NCBI GenBank assembly: GCA_018714005.1
Contig: DVOA01000051.1
Coordinates: 106-64,105 of the forward strand
Reading direction: 5' to 3'
DNA length: 64,000 nucleotides
Source: Candidatus Spyradomonas excrementavium
GTDB taxonomy: Bacteria; Cyanobacteriota; Vampirovibrionia; Gastranaerophilales; Gastranaerophilaceae
How positions within the stretch are numbered: position 1 is the first letter of the stretch; every line of letters starts with the position of its first letter. The notes under the pieces are model-generated. The model searched no databases. It saw only the letters and a list, made by a program, of their open reading frames with translations, and had not been told where the DNA came from. Positions 9,437 through 17,552 of the stretch are shown piece by piece. The position numbers and the translations under genes were made by a program.

Positions 9437-9643
9437 TTATTCCACCGGAATCAGGTTGAGGAGTTGTTTTTTTAGTGATTTTAGCTTTTTTTCGTTCACC
9501 GCGGAGAGGGTTGTTATTTCCAAATAGCTAAATTCCATTTTGTTGAGTAGGATGTTATTTAGCATTGTATGTAAATGATAGATTCTCTGTGCCTGACGGT
9601 AGAGGCTTTTGATTTGCTGGCTTGTGATTTGTATTTCGGACAT
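9437..9643 (-). CDS. Small hypothetical protein, divergent from an XRE regulator
   Basis: 68-aa ORF, AT-rich. No motif recognised. Confidence 0.35.
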   Translation of the reverse strand: MSEIQITSQQIKSLYRQAQRIYHLHTMLNNILLNKMEFSYLEITTLSAVNEKKLKSLKKQLLNLIPVE

Positions 9644-9676
9644 TTTTTACCTCTTTTAAGTATATTATATTATCGA

Positions 9677-9698
9677 TATGACAAATATAGTTGTCATA
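9677..9698. promoter_or_regulatory. Candidate operator in the divergent promoter region
   Basis: TATGACAA-ATATAG-TTGTCATA, a perfect 8-bp inverted repeat. Confidence 0.4.
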
Positions 9699-9710
9699 AG
9701 ATAATTATAA

Positions 9711-9971
9711 ATGGTAGATAATGTTATGTCAATTAATTATTATAATTTTATGAATAATAAAGATTTAATTAATAAGGTTGGCAAAAAAATAAAACTTTTG
9801 CGGGAAGATAAAAAAATTTCTCAAGAAGTTTTGGGGCAACTATCTAAATTAGAAAGAAATTCGATAGGGATGATTGAAAGAGGCGAAACTAATCCTACTT
9901 TGTGCTCTTTGAACCAGATTGCTACGGCGTTGGGCGTTGATATTAACGAATTGTTTGACTTTACTTTTTAA
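9711..9971 (+). CDS. XRE-family helix-turn-helix transcriptional regulator
   Basis: KIKLLREDKKISQEVLGQLSKLERNSIGMIERGETNPTL. Start ambiguous (9711, 9726 or 9750). Confidence 0.7.
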   Translation: MVDNVMSINYYNFMNNKDLINKVGKKIKLLREDKKISQEVLGQLSKLERNSIGMIERGETNPTLCSLNQIATALGVDINELFDFTF

Positions 9972-9994
9972 TTATTGAGATTTGATGCTGGGGC

Positions 9995-10077
9995 GTAAAA
10001 ACACTTAAATATTCATTTTTCTAGCTCGATTCGCTTCGCTCATAGGCGTCGAAAAATAAATATTTAAGTGTTTTTAC
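9995..10077. repeat. Perfect 19-bp inverted repeat with a 45-nt loop
   Basis: GTAAAAACACTTAAATATT (9995-10013) is the reverse complement of 10059-10077. Confidence 0.9.
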
Positions 10078-10080
10078 TTT

Positions 10081-10412
10081 GAATGCCCCCTCCCCAGCTC
10101 GGGGAGGGTTGGGGTGGGGAGCGGTTTTGAGGTTGTTTAATTGCAAGGTGATAAAAGGCGTGCTGTCATTCCGAATTTATTTCGGAATCGCAAGGATGAA
10201 GTTGATAATCACCGTCCTTGCGACCCTGAATCAAGTTCAGGGTGACAAAAGGCTGTAGGGTGGGAAAAGTGAAACGGTTCCCACCGCAAGATTGAGAAAA
10301 AAGTGATTTTTGGTTTTTTAAGCCGCTTTGTGGTTGTTCCCCACCCGCATTCGTACGCAATACTAACGTATTGCAACGACTGCTCCCTCCCCGGGTTGGA
10401 GAGGGGGAGGTT
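10081..10412 (-). repeat. Full-length ~330-nt mosaic element (H1-H2-spacer-H3-H4-H5-G-rich-H1), reverse orientation
   Basis: Colinear with 17071-17424 when reverse-complemented. Confidence 0.9.
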
Positions 10413-10586
10413 TTTATACTCTTTCCCCCTATTGCATGAAAACTTTTACCATGTATGATAAAAAAGTCAGAAAAGTTACCGACAATTTAATACAATATCG
10501 CGGAAATTCGTTTCTGCATTTTTGTTGTTGTATAAATTGTCAAAAAATAAAGATTTGTAATAATTAAACGTAAGAAAGGTTACAAC

Positions 10587-11258
10587 GTGGAAGAATCTAA
10601 AGAAACAAACGTACAAGAATCGGTTGAAGAAGTAAAAACCGAAGAAACAGTTGAAACAGAAGTTGTTGAAACTGTTGAATCAGCTGAAACTGCTGAAGCT
10701 AAACCCGCAAAACGCGGCAGAGGCACAAAAGAGGGCAAAGGCAGAAAAAGAAAAATCGAAACTGTTGAAGCCCCCCAGTCTGAATGGAAAGAACGCGTAG
10801 TCCAAATCAGACGTGTAACAAAGGTTGTAAAAGGCGGTAAAAAACTCAGCTTTAGAGCAATCGTTGTTGTAGGAAACGGCAAAGGACAGGTCGGCGTTGG
10901 CTGTGCAAAAGCTTCAGAAGTTATCATCGCTATCCAAAAAGCTATCGCAGAGGGCAGAAAAAGCCTCATCACAGTTCCTATCTTCAAAACAACTATTCCT
11001 CACCCGATTGTGGGAAACTCGGGCGCTGGCAGCGTTATGCTGAAACCCGCTTCTATGGGTACCGGTGTTATCGCAGGCGGTGCGGTTCGTGCAGTGCTTG
11101 AACTTGCCGGTATTGAAAACATTTTGAGCAAATCTCTCGGTTCAAAAGCTCCTTTGAACGCTGCTAACGCAACAATTGAAGCTTTGAAATCTTTGAGAAC
11201 TTTCAACGATGTTGCTAAAAACCGCGGTTTGACTCTTAAAGAAATGTTAAACGCGTAA
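10587..11258 (+). CDS. rpsE: 30S ribosomal protein S5 with a ~60-aa acidic/basic N-terminal extension
   Basis: GTG start. Core [29 protein letters not shown]...[15 protein letters not shown]. Confidence 0.9.
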   Translation: MEESKETNVQESVEEVKTEETVETEVVETVESAETAEAKPAKRGRGTKEGKGRKRKIETVEAPQSEWKERVVQIRRVTKVVKGGKKLSFRAIVVVGNGKGQVGVGCAKASEVIIAIQKAIAEGRKSLITVPIFKTTIPHPIVGNSGAGSVMLKPASMGTGVIAGGAVRAVLELAGIENILSKSLGSKAPLNAANATIEALKSLRTFNDVAKNRGLTLKEMLNA

Positions 11259-11268
11259 GCACTGTACT

Positions 11269-11294
11269 GTCTTCCGAACCTGTTTCGGAATCGC
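11269..11294. repeat. Solo hairpin module between rpsE and rpmD
   Basis: GTCTTCCGAACCTGTTTCGGAATCGC, a variant of the H4/H5 hairpins. Confidence 0.8.
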
Positions 11295-11366
11295 AAGGGC
11301 GTTGCGTTTTGGCAAAAATTTCAGTGCAAACCTTAAAAAGCTAATAAAGTAAAGGAAATAATAAAA

Positions 11367-11558
11367 ATGGCTAAAGATAAATTAGAAAAAGTATCGATAA
11401 GACTGAAAAAAAGCCTTATCGGCTCAACAAAAGACCAGATTAAAGTCGTTAGAGCACTCGGTCTTAAAAAAACAAACGATGTTGTTGAACATTTCAACAG
11501 CGCAACTATCATGGGTATGGTGAACAAAGTTCCTCACCTTGTTGAAGTTGTAAAATAA
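11367..11558 (+). CDS. rpmD: 50S ribosomal protein L30
   Basis: 63 aa. IRLKKSLIGSTKDQIKVVRALGLKK. Position between S5 and L15. Confidence 0.85.
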   Translation: MAKDKLEKVSIRLKKSLIGSTKDQIKVVRALGLKKTNDVVEHFNSATIMGMVNKVPHLVEVVK

Positions 11559-11578
11559 CGTTTTTTGACACAGGGTTA

Positions 11579-11620
11579 GCCCTCACCCGCCCTTCGGGCA
11601 CCCTCTCCCATCGGAGAGGG
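11579..11620. repeat. Solo module H6 between rpmD and rplO
   Basis: GCCCTCACCCGCCCTTCGGGCACCCTCTCCCATCGGAGAGGG. Copies at 26923-26964 (reverse orientation) and 60871-60925. Confidence 0.9.
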
Positions 11621-11667
11621 AATAGAAAAAAGGGGAATATTAAAAATTAATGAAAGGTAATATAAAA

Positions 11668-12120
11668 ATGGCAGATAGAATCACATTAGAAGACTTAAGA
11701 CCTGCTGAAGGAGCAACAAAAGGCTCTAAAAGAGTAGGCAGAGGCAGAGCATCAGGACACGGAAAAACTTCTTGCCGCGGCCACAACGGTGAAGGCCAGC
11801 GCTCAGGCAGCTCACAAAAAAGAGGTTTTGAAGGCGGTCAGATGCCCTCATACAGACAAATGCCTAAACTCAAAGGCTTTACTAATTTCAACGCAATCAA
11901 CTACGCTGAAATCAATGTAAAAGACCTTGAAAGACTGGGCCTTGAATCTGTTGACCTCGACGCGTTAATCGGTGCAGGCAAAGTTCACCCGTCTTCAGAA
12001 GGCTTGAGAGTCCTCGGAAACGGCGAAATCTCAAAAGCTGTAAGTGTTAAAGCAAACTACTTTACACCTTCGGCAAAAGAAAAAATTGAAAAAGCAGGCG
12101 GAAAGGCTGAGTTAGTATAA
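11668..12120 (+). CDS. rplO: 50S ribosomal protein L15
   Basis: LEDLRPAEGATKGSKRVGRGRASGHGKTSCRGHNG. ATG at 11668 preferred, 11650 possible. Confidence 0.85.
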   Translation: MADRITLEDLRPAEGATKGSKRVGRGRASGHGKTSCRGHNGEGQRSGSSQKRGFEGGQMPSYRQMPKLKGFTNFNAINYAEINVKDLERLGLESVDLDALIGAGKVHPSSEGLRVLGNGEISKAVSVKANYFTPSAKEKIEKAGGKAELV

Positions 12121-13457
12121 TGCAAAATGCAAGAATCAAGCCACCTTCAATGGAAGATGTGGCATCAATGCTCCAGGCTTCGGGCTTGAAAGCTAAATTA
12201 ATATTTACTTTCGCAATGATTGCCATATTCAGGCTTGGCGTGCATTTGCCGCTGTTCGGTATCGACAATCAGATATTTGCAAGGATTGCGCAGGGCAATA
12301 ATATCATCGGATTCATCGATTTGTTCTCCGGCGGTGCTTTGCAGAATATTTCGATACTGGCACTGGGTATCGGGCCTTACATTACGGCGTCAATTATCAT
12401 GCAATTGCTTACCGTTGTAATCCCGCACCTTGAGCAGCTGCAAAAAGAAGAGGGCGAAGCCGGCAGAAGAAAAATCTCCCAGTATACGCGTGTTTTCACT
12501 GTGTTTATTGCGGTTTTTCAGTCTGCATTGTTCCTTTTCTACCTCTTGCACCAGGCTCCGGCAGCTATTCTGGTTAATCCGGCTGTATTCTTTATCGGCT
12601 CCACAATCATCCTCACGGCCGGTTCCGTGTTCGTAATGTGGCTTGCTGAACTGATTACGGAAAAAGGAATCGGAAATGGGGGTTCGCTGTTGATTTTCGT
12701 GGGTATTCTTTCAAGAATCCCGTTCTATTTTGAACAAACCGGACAACTCGTTATGAATGATTCCTCAAAACAGCTCGGACTGTTGCTTTTGCTCGCAATC
12801 TTCTTTGCTACGATGGTTTTGATTGTAATAATGCAGGAAGCCATCCGCAAAGTCCTTATTGTCAACCCCAGAAGACAGGTTGGCAACAAGGTTTACGGCG
12901 GAGTGAATACTTTCATCCCGTTCAAAATGAACCCGGGCGGCGTAATGCCTATCATCTTTGCGGTTGCAATTCTTTTGTTCCCGACAACGGTGATAAGCCT
13001 CATCGGACAATCGAACCTGCCTCCGGGAACGTTCAGAAACATAATTACCCAGCTCACAACCATCCTGAGCCCGTCAGGCGTTACTCATTACGTGCTGTAC
13101 TTCCTGTTAATCGTGTTCTTGACGTTTTTCTACGCGTCAATCATGCCTAACATGCAGCCTAAGGAAATCGCGAACAATTTGAAAAAATACGGTTCGTCTA
13201 TCCCCGGAATCAAACCCGGAAAACCGACTGCGGAAGCTCTGGACAGGATTTTGAGCAGAATAACCCTGCTCGGTGCACTTGCGCTGGGCGTAATTGCTCT
13301 GATTCCGTCGTTTGCTTCTTATATCACGGAAATTACGACGCTTCAGGGTATTGGAGCTACTTCGCTCATAATCATGGTCGGTGTTGCGCTCGACTTTATC
13401 AATCAGGTTAAGGCACAACTCCTCGCCAAAAATTATGAAAGCTTCTTAAAAGAATAA
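12120..13457 (+). CDS. secY: Preprotein translocase subunit SecY
   Basis: TAATG overlap with rplO. Ten-TM SecY-like sequence (LGIGPYITASIIMQLL...GGVMPIIFA). Confidence 0.95.
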   Translation: MQNARIKPPSMEDVASMLQASGLKAKLIFTFAMIAIFRLGVHLPLFGIDNQIFARIAQGNNIIGFIDLFSGGALQNISILALGIGPYITASIIMQLLTVVIPHLEQLQKEEGEAGRRKISQYTRVFTVFIAVFQSALFLFYLLHQAPAAILVNPAVFFIGSTIILTAGSVFVMWLAELITEKGIGNGGSLLIFVGILSRIPFYFEQTGQLVMNDSSKQLGLLLLLAIFFATMVLIVIMQEAIRKVLIVNPRRQVGNKVYGGVNTFIPFKMNPGGVMPIIFAVAILLFPTTVISLIGQSNLPPGTFRNIITQLTTILSPSGVTHYVLYFLLIVFLTFFYASIMPNMQPKEIANNLKKYGSSIPGIKPGKPTAEALDRILSRITLLGALALGVIALIPSFASYITEITTLQGIGATSLIIMVGVALDFINQVKAQLLAKNYESFLKE

Positions 13458-13496
13458 TTTGAGTGTCACCTTGAAAAAAGGTCACAGGAAACAGAT

Positions 13497-13524
13497 AAAA
13501 GCGCCGGTTTTTCCGGCGTTTTTT
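13497..13524 (+). terminator. Terminator after secY
   Basis: GCGCCGG-TTTTT-CCGGCG followed by TTTTTT. Confidence 0.8.
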
Positions 13525-13578
13525 ATATGTTATACTGGTGAATTGAACAAGTTCAAAAAAACAACATTCAGGGCAAAA

Positions 13579-13929
13579 ATGTACGAACAAATCTTACAAA
13601 ATTTAAAAAAATCCGCTTTCAGAAGCAAATTTAAACTGAAAGAAAAAGAAAAATTGTACATATCTGAAAAAGGGCTGGAAACGATTGAATCCCATGCGTA
13701 TGATTTCATCGCAAAAAGGATAGCTCCTGCGGTTCTTCCTAACGACGGAAAACAAACCCCGATGAAAGGCCATCCGGTCTTCATCGCCCAGCATGCAACT
13801 GCCTGCTGCTGCCGCGGGTGTATAAACAAATGGCATAAATTCCCCAAAAATGTTCAATTGACCCAAAAACAACAGGATTATCTGGTCGGATTGATAATGG
13901 AATGGATTAAAAGGCAATTGCAGCCTTAA
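13579..13929 (+). CDS. DUF4186-like protein
   Basis: NDGKQTPMKGHPVFIAQHATACCCRGCINKWH. The ORF-track start at 13459 lies upstream of the secY terminator, so ATG 13579 is preferred. Confidence 0.6.
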   Translation: MYEQILQNLKKSAFRSKFKLKEKEKLYISEKGLETIESHAYDFIAKRIAPAVLPNDGKQTPMKGHPVFIAQHATACCCRGCINKWHKFPKNVQLTQKQQDYLVGLIMEWIKRQLQP

Positions 13930-14114
13930 TCACACCCGCAGGACGGGCTCAAAGAACCGTCACAGCATAACGCTTTGTTGTATTTGCAGCCGCAAACCCC
14001 GCCATGGCGCGAACAGCAGCCTTTTTTATTGAGCACGGAGTTTTCTATTACCGCAAAACCCGCTCCTGTACAAAAAAGTACCAGCAAAGCACCGATTAAA
14101 ATCTTTTTCACCAT
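13926..14114 (-). CDS. Small secreted cysteine-rich peptide
   Basis: Signal peptide, then a ~41-aa mature part with 8 Cys (GCCSRHGGVCGCKYNKALCCDGSLSPSCGCD). Its stop shares a TTAA with the convergent gene's stop. Confidence 0.55.
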   Translation of the reverse strand: MVKKILIGALLVLFCTGAGFAVIENSVLNKKGCCSRHGGVCGCKYNKALCCDGSLSPSCGCD

Positions 14115-14199
14115 AATTATTCTTCCTTATTTTTATATAATTCTAGGCATTTGCACAAAAACTGTCAATCACCATCTGTAACTAATTTTAAATTCCCTC

Positions 14200-14230
14200 T
14201 TGACCTGGAGTAAACTCCAGCATTTAAAAT
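14200..14230 (+). promoter_or_regulatory. Candidate dxs promoter with a 16-bp perfect palindrome in a 19-nt spacer
   Basis: TTGACC (14200-14205), CTGGAGTAAACTCCAG (14205-14220), TAAAAT (14225-14230). Confidence 0.4.
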
Positions 14231-14260
14231 AAACTTATAGGCAAAAAAGGAGAAAATTTC

Positions 14261-16027
14261 ATGAAAATATTAGACAGAATTAACAGCCCTGAGGACGTGA
14301 AAAAACTCACCATAGACGAGATGAAATCGCTCGCAGAGGACATCCGCGCGGGGATTTTGAACAGAGTAAACACGGTCGGAGGGCATTTGGGGCCGGATTT
14401 GGGCATAGTCGAGGCAACTATTGCGTTTCACTATGTTTTTAATTCACCTGTGGACAAAATCGTGTTCGATGTTTCGCATCAGGTTTATCCGCATAAAATG
14501 ATTACGGGCAGAAAAGCCGGATTTACCGACCCGCTGGGCAATCCGGAGATTTCCGGCTACACAAACCCCGCAGAAAGCGCCCATGACCATTTTGTCGTCG
14601 GGCACACCTCAACTTCTGTGAGCCTTGCGACCGGTGTGGCTAAAGCAAGAGATTTGAAAGGCGAAAAATACAACGTAATTGCATTGATTGGCGATGGCTC
14701 GCTCACAGGCGGCGAGGCTTTTGAGGGGTTGAACAATGCAGCGGTGCTCGGCAGCAATTTTATCGTAATCGTGAACGACAATGACATGTCAATCGCCGAA
14801 AATCAGGGCGCAATCGACAAACATCTCAAAGAACTCCGAAAAGCTAAAGGAAATGTTGAAAACAACCTTTTTAAAGCAATGGGCTACGAATATCTTTTTG
14901 TTGAAGACGGAAACGACCTCGAATCGCTTATTGACGCCTTTAAAAAGGTTAAAGATACCGACCATCCGGTGGTTGTGCACATTTTCACGCTCAAAGGCAA
15001 AGGATACAAGCCCGCAGAAGAGGACAAAGAGCCGTATCACTGGCAGTTGCCCGGATTTTTGGACAAAAAAGACGGTTCTGCGGCGCCTGTTGAAACCTAT
15101 GATTCAATAACAACGGATTATATCTTGAAAAAGCAAAAAGAAAACCCTGCTATCGTGTCGATTTCCGCTGCAACACCGGGCGCAACCGGCTATTCGCGCG
15201 AATATAGAAAAGAATTGGGCAAAAACTACACTGATGTAGGCATTGCCGAGGCACATGCGGTTGCTTATGCGTCGGGGATTGCGAAAAACGGCGGAAAACC
15301 CGTATTCGGCGTTTTGAGCTCCTTTATACAAAGGACTTATGACCAGCTTTCGCAGGATTTGGCGCTGAACAACTCGCCTGCGACGATTCTGGTCCACTGG
15401 GGCGGGATTTCCGGCGCGGATATGACGCATTTGCAGACTTTTGACATCCCGTTAATCAGCAATATCCCGAATATCGTTTACCTTGCGCCTGCAAACAAGG
15501 AAGAATACCTGAAAATGCTGGACTGGTCTGTTGAACAAAACGAACATCCTGTGGCAATCAGGGTTCCTGCCTGCGAAATCGTTTCGACGGGCGTTGAGGA
15601 TACTACGGATTACTCGATTTTGAACAAATTTAAGGTTGAAAAAGAGGGCGAAAAAGTTGCGATTCTCGGGCTCGGAAATTTCCTGAGCCTCGGCGAAGAG
15701 GTCAGAAAAGAGCTCAAAGAAAAGCACGGAATCGACGCAACTTTGATTAATCCGAGGTTTGTCAGCGGATTGGACGAAGAATTGCTCGAAAATCTTAAAA
15801 AGAACCACAGACTTGTAATTACGCTCGAAGACGGCGTTCTGGACGGCGGATTCGGCGAGAAAATTGCCAGATTTTACGGGGCTTCCGGCATGAAAGTGCT
15901 GAACTACGGCGGCAAAAAAGAGTTTACGGACAGAGTGCCTGTTGAGGAGCTTTATGAGCGTTATAGATTGAAAAAAGAGCTCATTGCCGAAGATGTGTTG
16001 AAATGCCTTTCTGTAGCGGTTTGCTAA
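14261..16027 (+). CDS. dxs: 1-deoxy-D-xylulose-5-phosphate synthase (short, Clostridia-like form)
   Basis: GGHLGPDLGIVEATIAFHYVF...DVSHQVYPHKMITGR...GDGSLTGGEAFEGLNNA. Confidence 0.8.
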   Translation: MKILDRINSPEDVKKLTIDEMKSLAEDIRAGILNRVNTVGGHLGPDLGIVEATIAFHYVFNSPVDKIVFDVSHQVYPHKMITGRKAGFTDPLGNPEISGYTNPAESAHDHFVVGHTSTSVSLATGVAKARDLKGEKYNVIALIGDGSLTGGEAFEGLNNAAVLGSNFIVIVNDNDMSIAENQGAIDKHLKELRKAKGNVENNLFKAMGYEYLFVEDGNDLESLIDAFKKVKDTDHPVVVHIFTLKGKGYKPAEEDKEPYHWQLPGFLDKKDGSAAPVETYDSITTDYILKKQKENPAIVSISAATPGATGYSREYRKELGKNYTDVGIAEAHAVAYASGIAKNGGKPVFGVLSSFIQRTYDQLSQDLALNNSPATILVHWGGISGADMTHLQTFDIPLISNIPNIVYLAPANKEEYLKMLDWSVEQNEHPVAIRVPACEIVSTGVEDTTDYSILNKFKVEKEGEKVAILGLGNFLSLGEEVRKELKEKHGIDATLINPRFVSGLDEELLENLKKNHRLVITLEDGVLDGGFGEKIARFYGASGMKVLNYGGKKEFTDRVPVEELYERYRLKKELIAEDVLKCLSVAVC

Positions 16028-16032
16028 ATTTT

Positions 16033-16065
16033 ATTGCCCCCTTTCAGTTTATGGAAGGGGGCAAT
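16033..16065. terminator. Bidirectional terminator between dxs and the WG-repeat gene
   Basis: ATTGCCCCCTT-11 nt loop-AAGGGGGCAAT. Confidence 0.7.
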
Positions 16066-16118
16066 TTATAGCCTTAAATCAAGGCCTGCTCCCTTATAAA
16101 AGCATAATCGGAGCCTGA

Positions 16119-17003
16119 CTAATCGATTTTTCGTCTTAAATCGTCTTTTATGCCGGAAAGCGGGCCATTGTTAGGTGCTTTCAGGTTCTGGTAATATTTT
16201 TTTGCGTAAGTAAACGGAAATTTTGGCAGCCACCCGAGTTTTATGAGTATAGAAACGGTTTCGGCGCCCTGTGAAAACATTAATTCGTCAATTGTCTGCT
16301 CGTAAGCGGGGGAAATCGAGGAAAAAATCTTTAATGCGTAATCCGCCGCCGTAACAGCCGTATATCCGGACAAAACACCCGCATTTGCCGCAAGATGTGT
16401 CACTTTGAATTCTTTGTTGTCAATTATAACCTTTTTGGTTTCCTCGGGGAGCTCAATCTCGCCCGGTTTCATACGTTCGATTTCATACCATTCACCGTTG
16501 TATTTTATGCGCATGGCCGTGGGTTTTGGCATGTAAATGTCATCAAATTCCGGCTTTAACAGAATTTTTCCCTCAAAATCCGTCACACCGTATTTGTAAT
16601 TTTTACAGATAAGAAACATTTTTCCGAACAAAAGGTCAATTGACGAATATTCCGGCTCAAGAATGGCTTTTCCCGTTTCATCGTAAAGGCCGTAATCATT
16701 GTCATTGCCGAGTTTTGCAAACTGCCCCAGAACCCTGTCAGCGTGTCTGTATTTTGGCTTTACAAGGATGTTGCCGTTGTCATCAATCAGGCCAAATCGG
16801 CTCCCTTTCTGGAAAATCCACGCTTTTTCGCCAAGGCGGATGAGTTTTTTGTACTCTGCTTTTGTAATTGTTTCATTACCGCATTTCAGCCCGAATTTGC
16901 CGTTTTCGCCGTAAACCTCTGTTTTTGCTTCTGCCGCAAATCCGCTCAAAGCAGCTGCAAAAAATGAAAACACTAATCCTAAAATTATTAATATCTTCTT
17001 CAT
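16119..17003 (-). CDS. Secreted WG-repeat (KWG-like) protein
   Basis: Signal peptide. Repeated units such as GKFGLKCGNETI..., FGLIDDNGNILVKPKY, YGLYDETGKAILEPEY, YGVTDFEGKILLKPEF. Confidence 0.7.
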   Translation of the reverse strand: MKKILIILGLVFSFFAAALSGFAAEAKTEVYGENGKFGLKCGNETITKAEYKKLIRLGEKAWIFQKGSRFGLIDDNGNILVKPKYRHADRVLGQFAKLGNDNDYGLYDETGKAILEPEYSSIDLLFGKMFLICKNYKYGVTDFEGKILLKPEFDDIYMPKPTAMRIKYNGEWYEIERMKPGEIELPEETKKVIIDNKEFKVTHLAANAGVLSGYTAVTAADYALKIFSSISPAYEQTIDELMFSQGAETVSILIKLGWLPKFPFTYAKKYYQNLKAPNNGPLSGIKDDLRRKID

Positions 17004-17070
17004 AGTTTAATGATAGCATAAAAATCGCATTAAGAAACTTCAGGAATTACGAACGCTCCCATCTTATTCC

Positions 17071-17500
17071 TCTTCCCCGGCCCGGGGAAGGTGCAGTCGT
17101 TGCAATACGTTAGTATTGCTTACGAATGCGGATGGGGAATGTCCCCAAACCACCTCGAAGACCCAAAAATCCCATTTTCACACGATTTTGCGGTGGGAAC
17201 GTTTCACTTTTCCCACCCTACAGCCTTTTGTCACCCTGAACTTGTTTCAGGGTCGCCAGAGCGGTGTTTATCAACTTCAATCTTGCGATTCCGAAATAAA
17301 TTCGGAATGACAGCACGCCTTTTATCACCCGGCAATTAAACAATCTTAAAACCGCTCCCCACCCCAGCCCCCTCTCGCAAACGATACTCAATCGTTTGCT
17401 CGGCAGAGTCCGAGTTGGGGAGGGAGCAGTCGTAGCAATATCTTAGTATTGCTTACGAATGCGGATGGGGAACGACCCAAAACCAACCTTGAAAACTCAA
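17071..17500 (+). repeat. Full-length mosaic element followed by a second partial unit
   Basis: H1v-H2-spacer-H3-H4-H5-G-rich-(nested 36-nt module)-H1-H2-spacer. Fills the whole intergenic region. Confidence 0.9.
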
Positions 17501-17552
17501 AACCCCCGGCAAATCGCCTGAAAAATCGACAACGAGCCCTTTTAGGCCTCAA

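Noticed and set aside
13459-13578. N-terminal 40 codons of the listed 13459-13929 ORF. The same issue affects 40122-41792 (murT), 21357-21410, 35658-35714, 50199-50252 and 59383-59418.
   Set aside because: The extensions cross a terminator, a repeat or a neighbouring gene. Internal ATGs with better RBS or homology-consistent N-termini exist, so shorter gene models were adopted.
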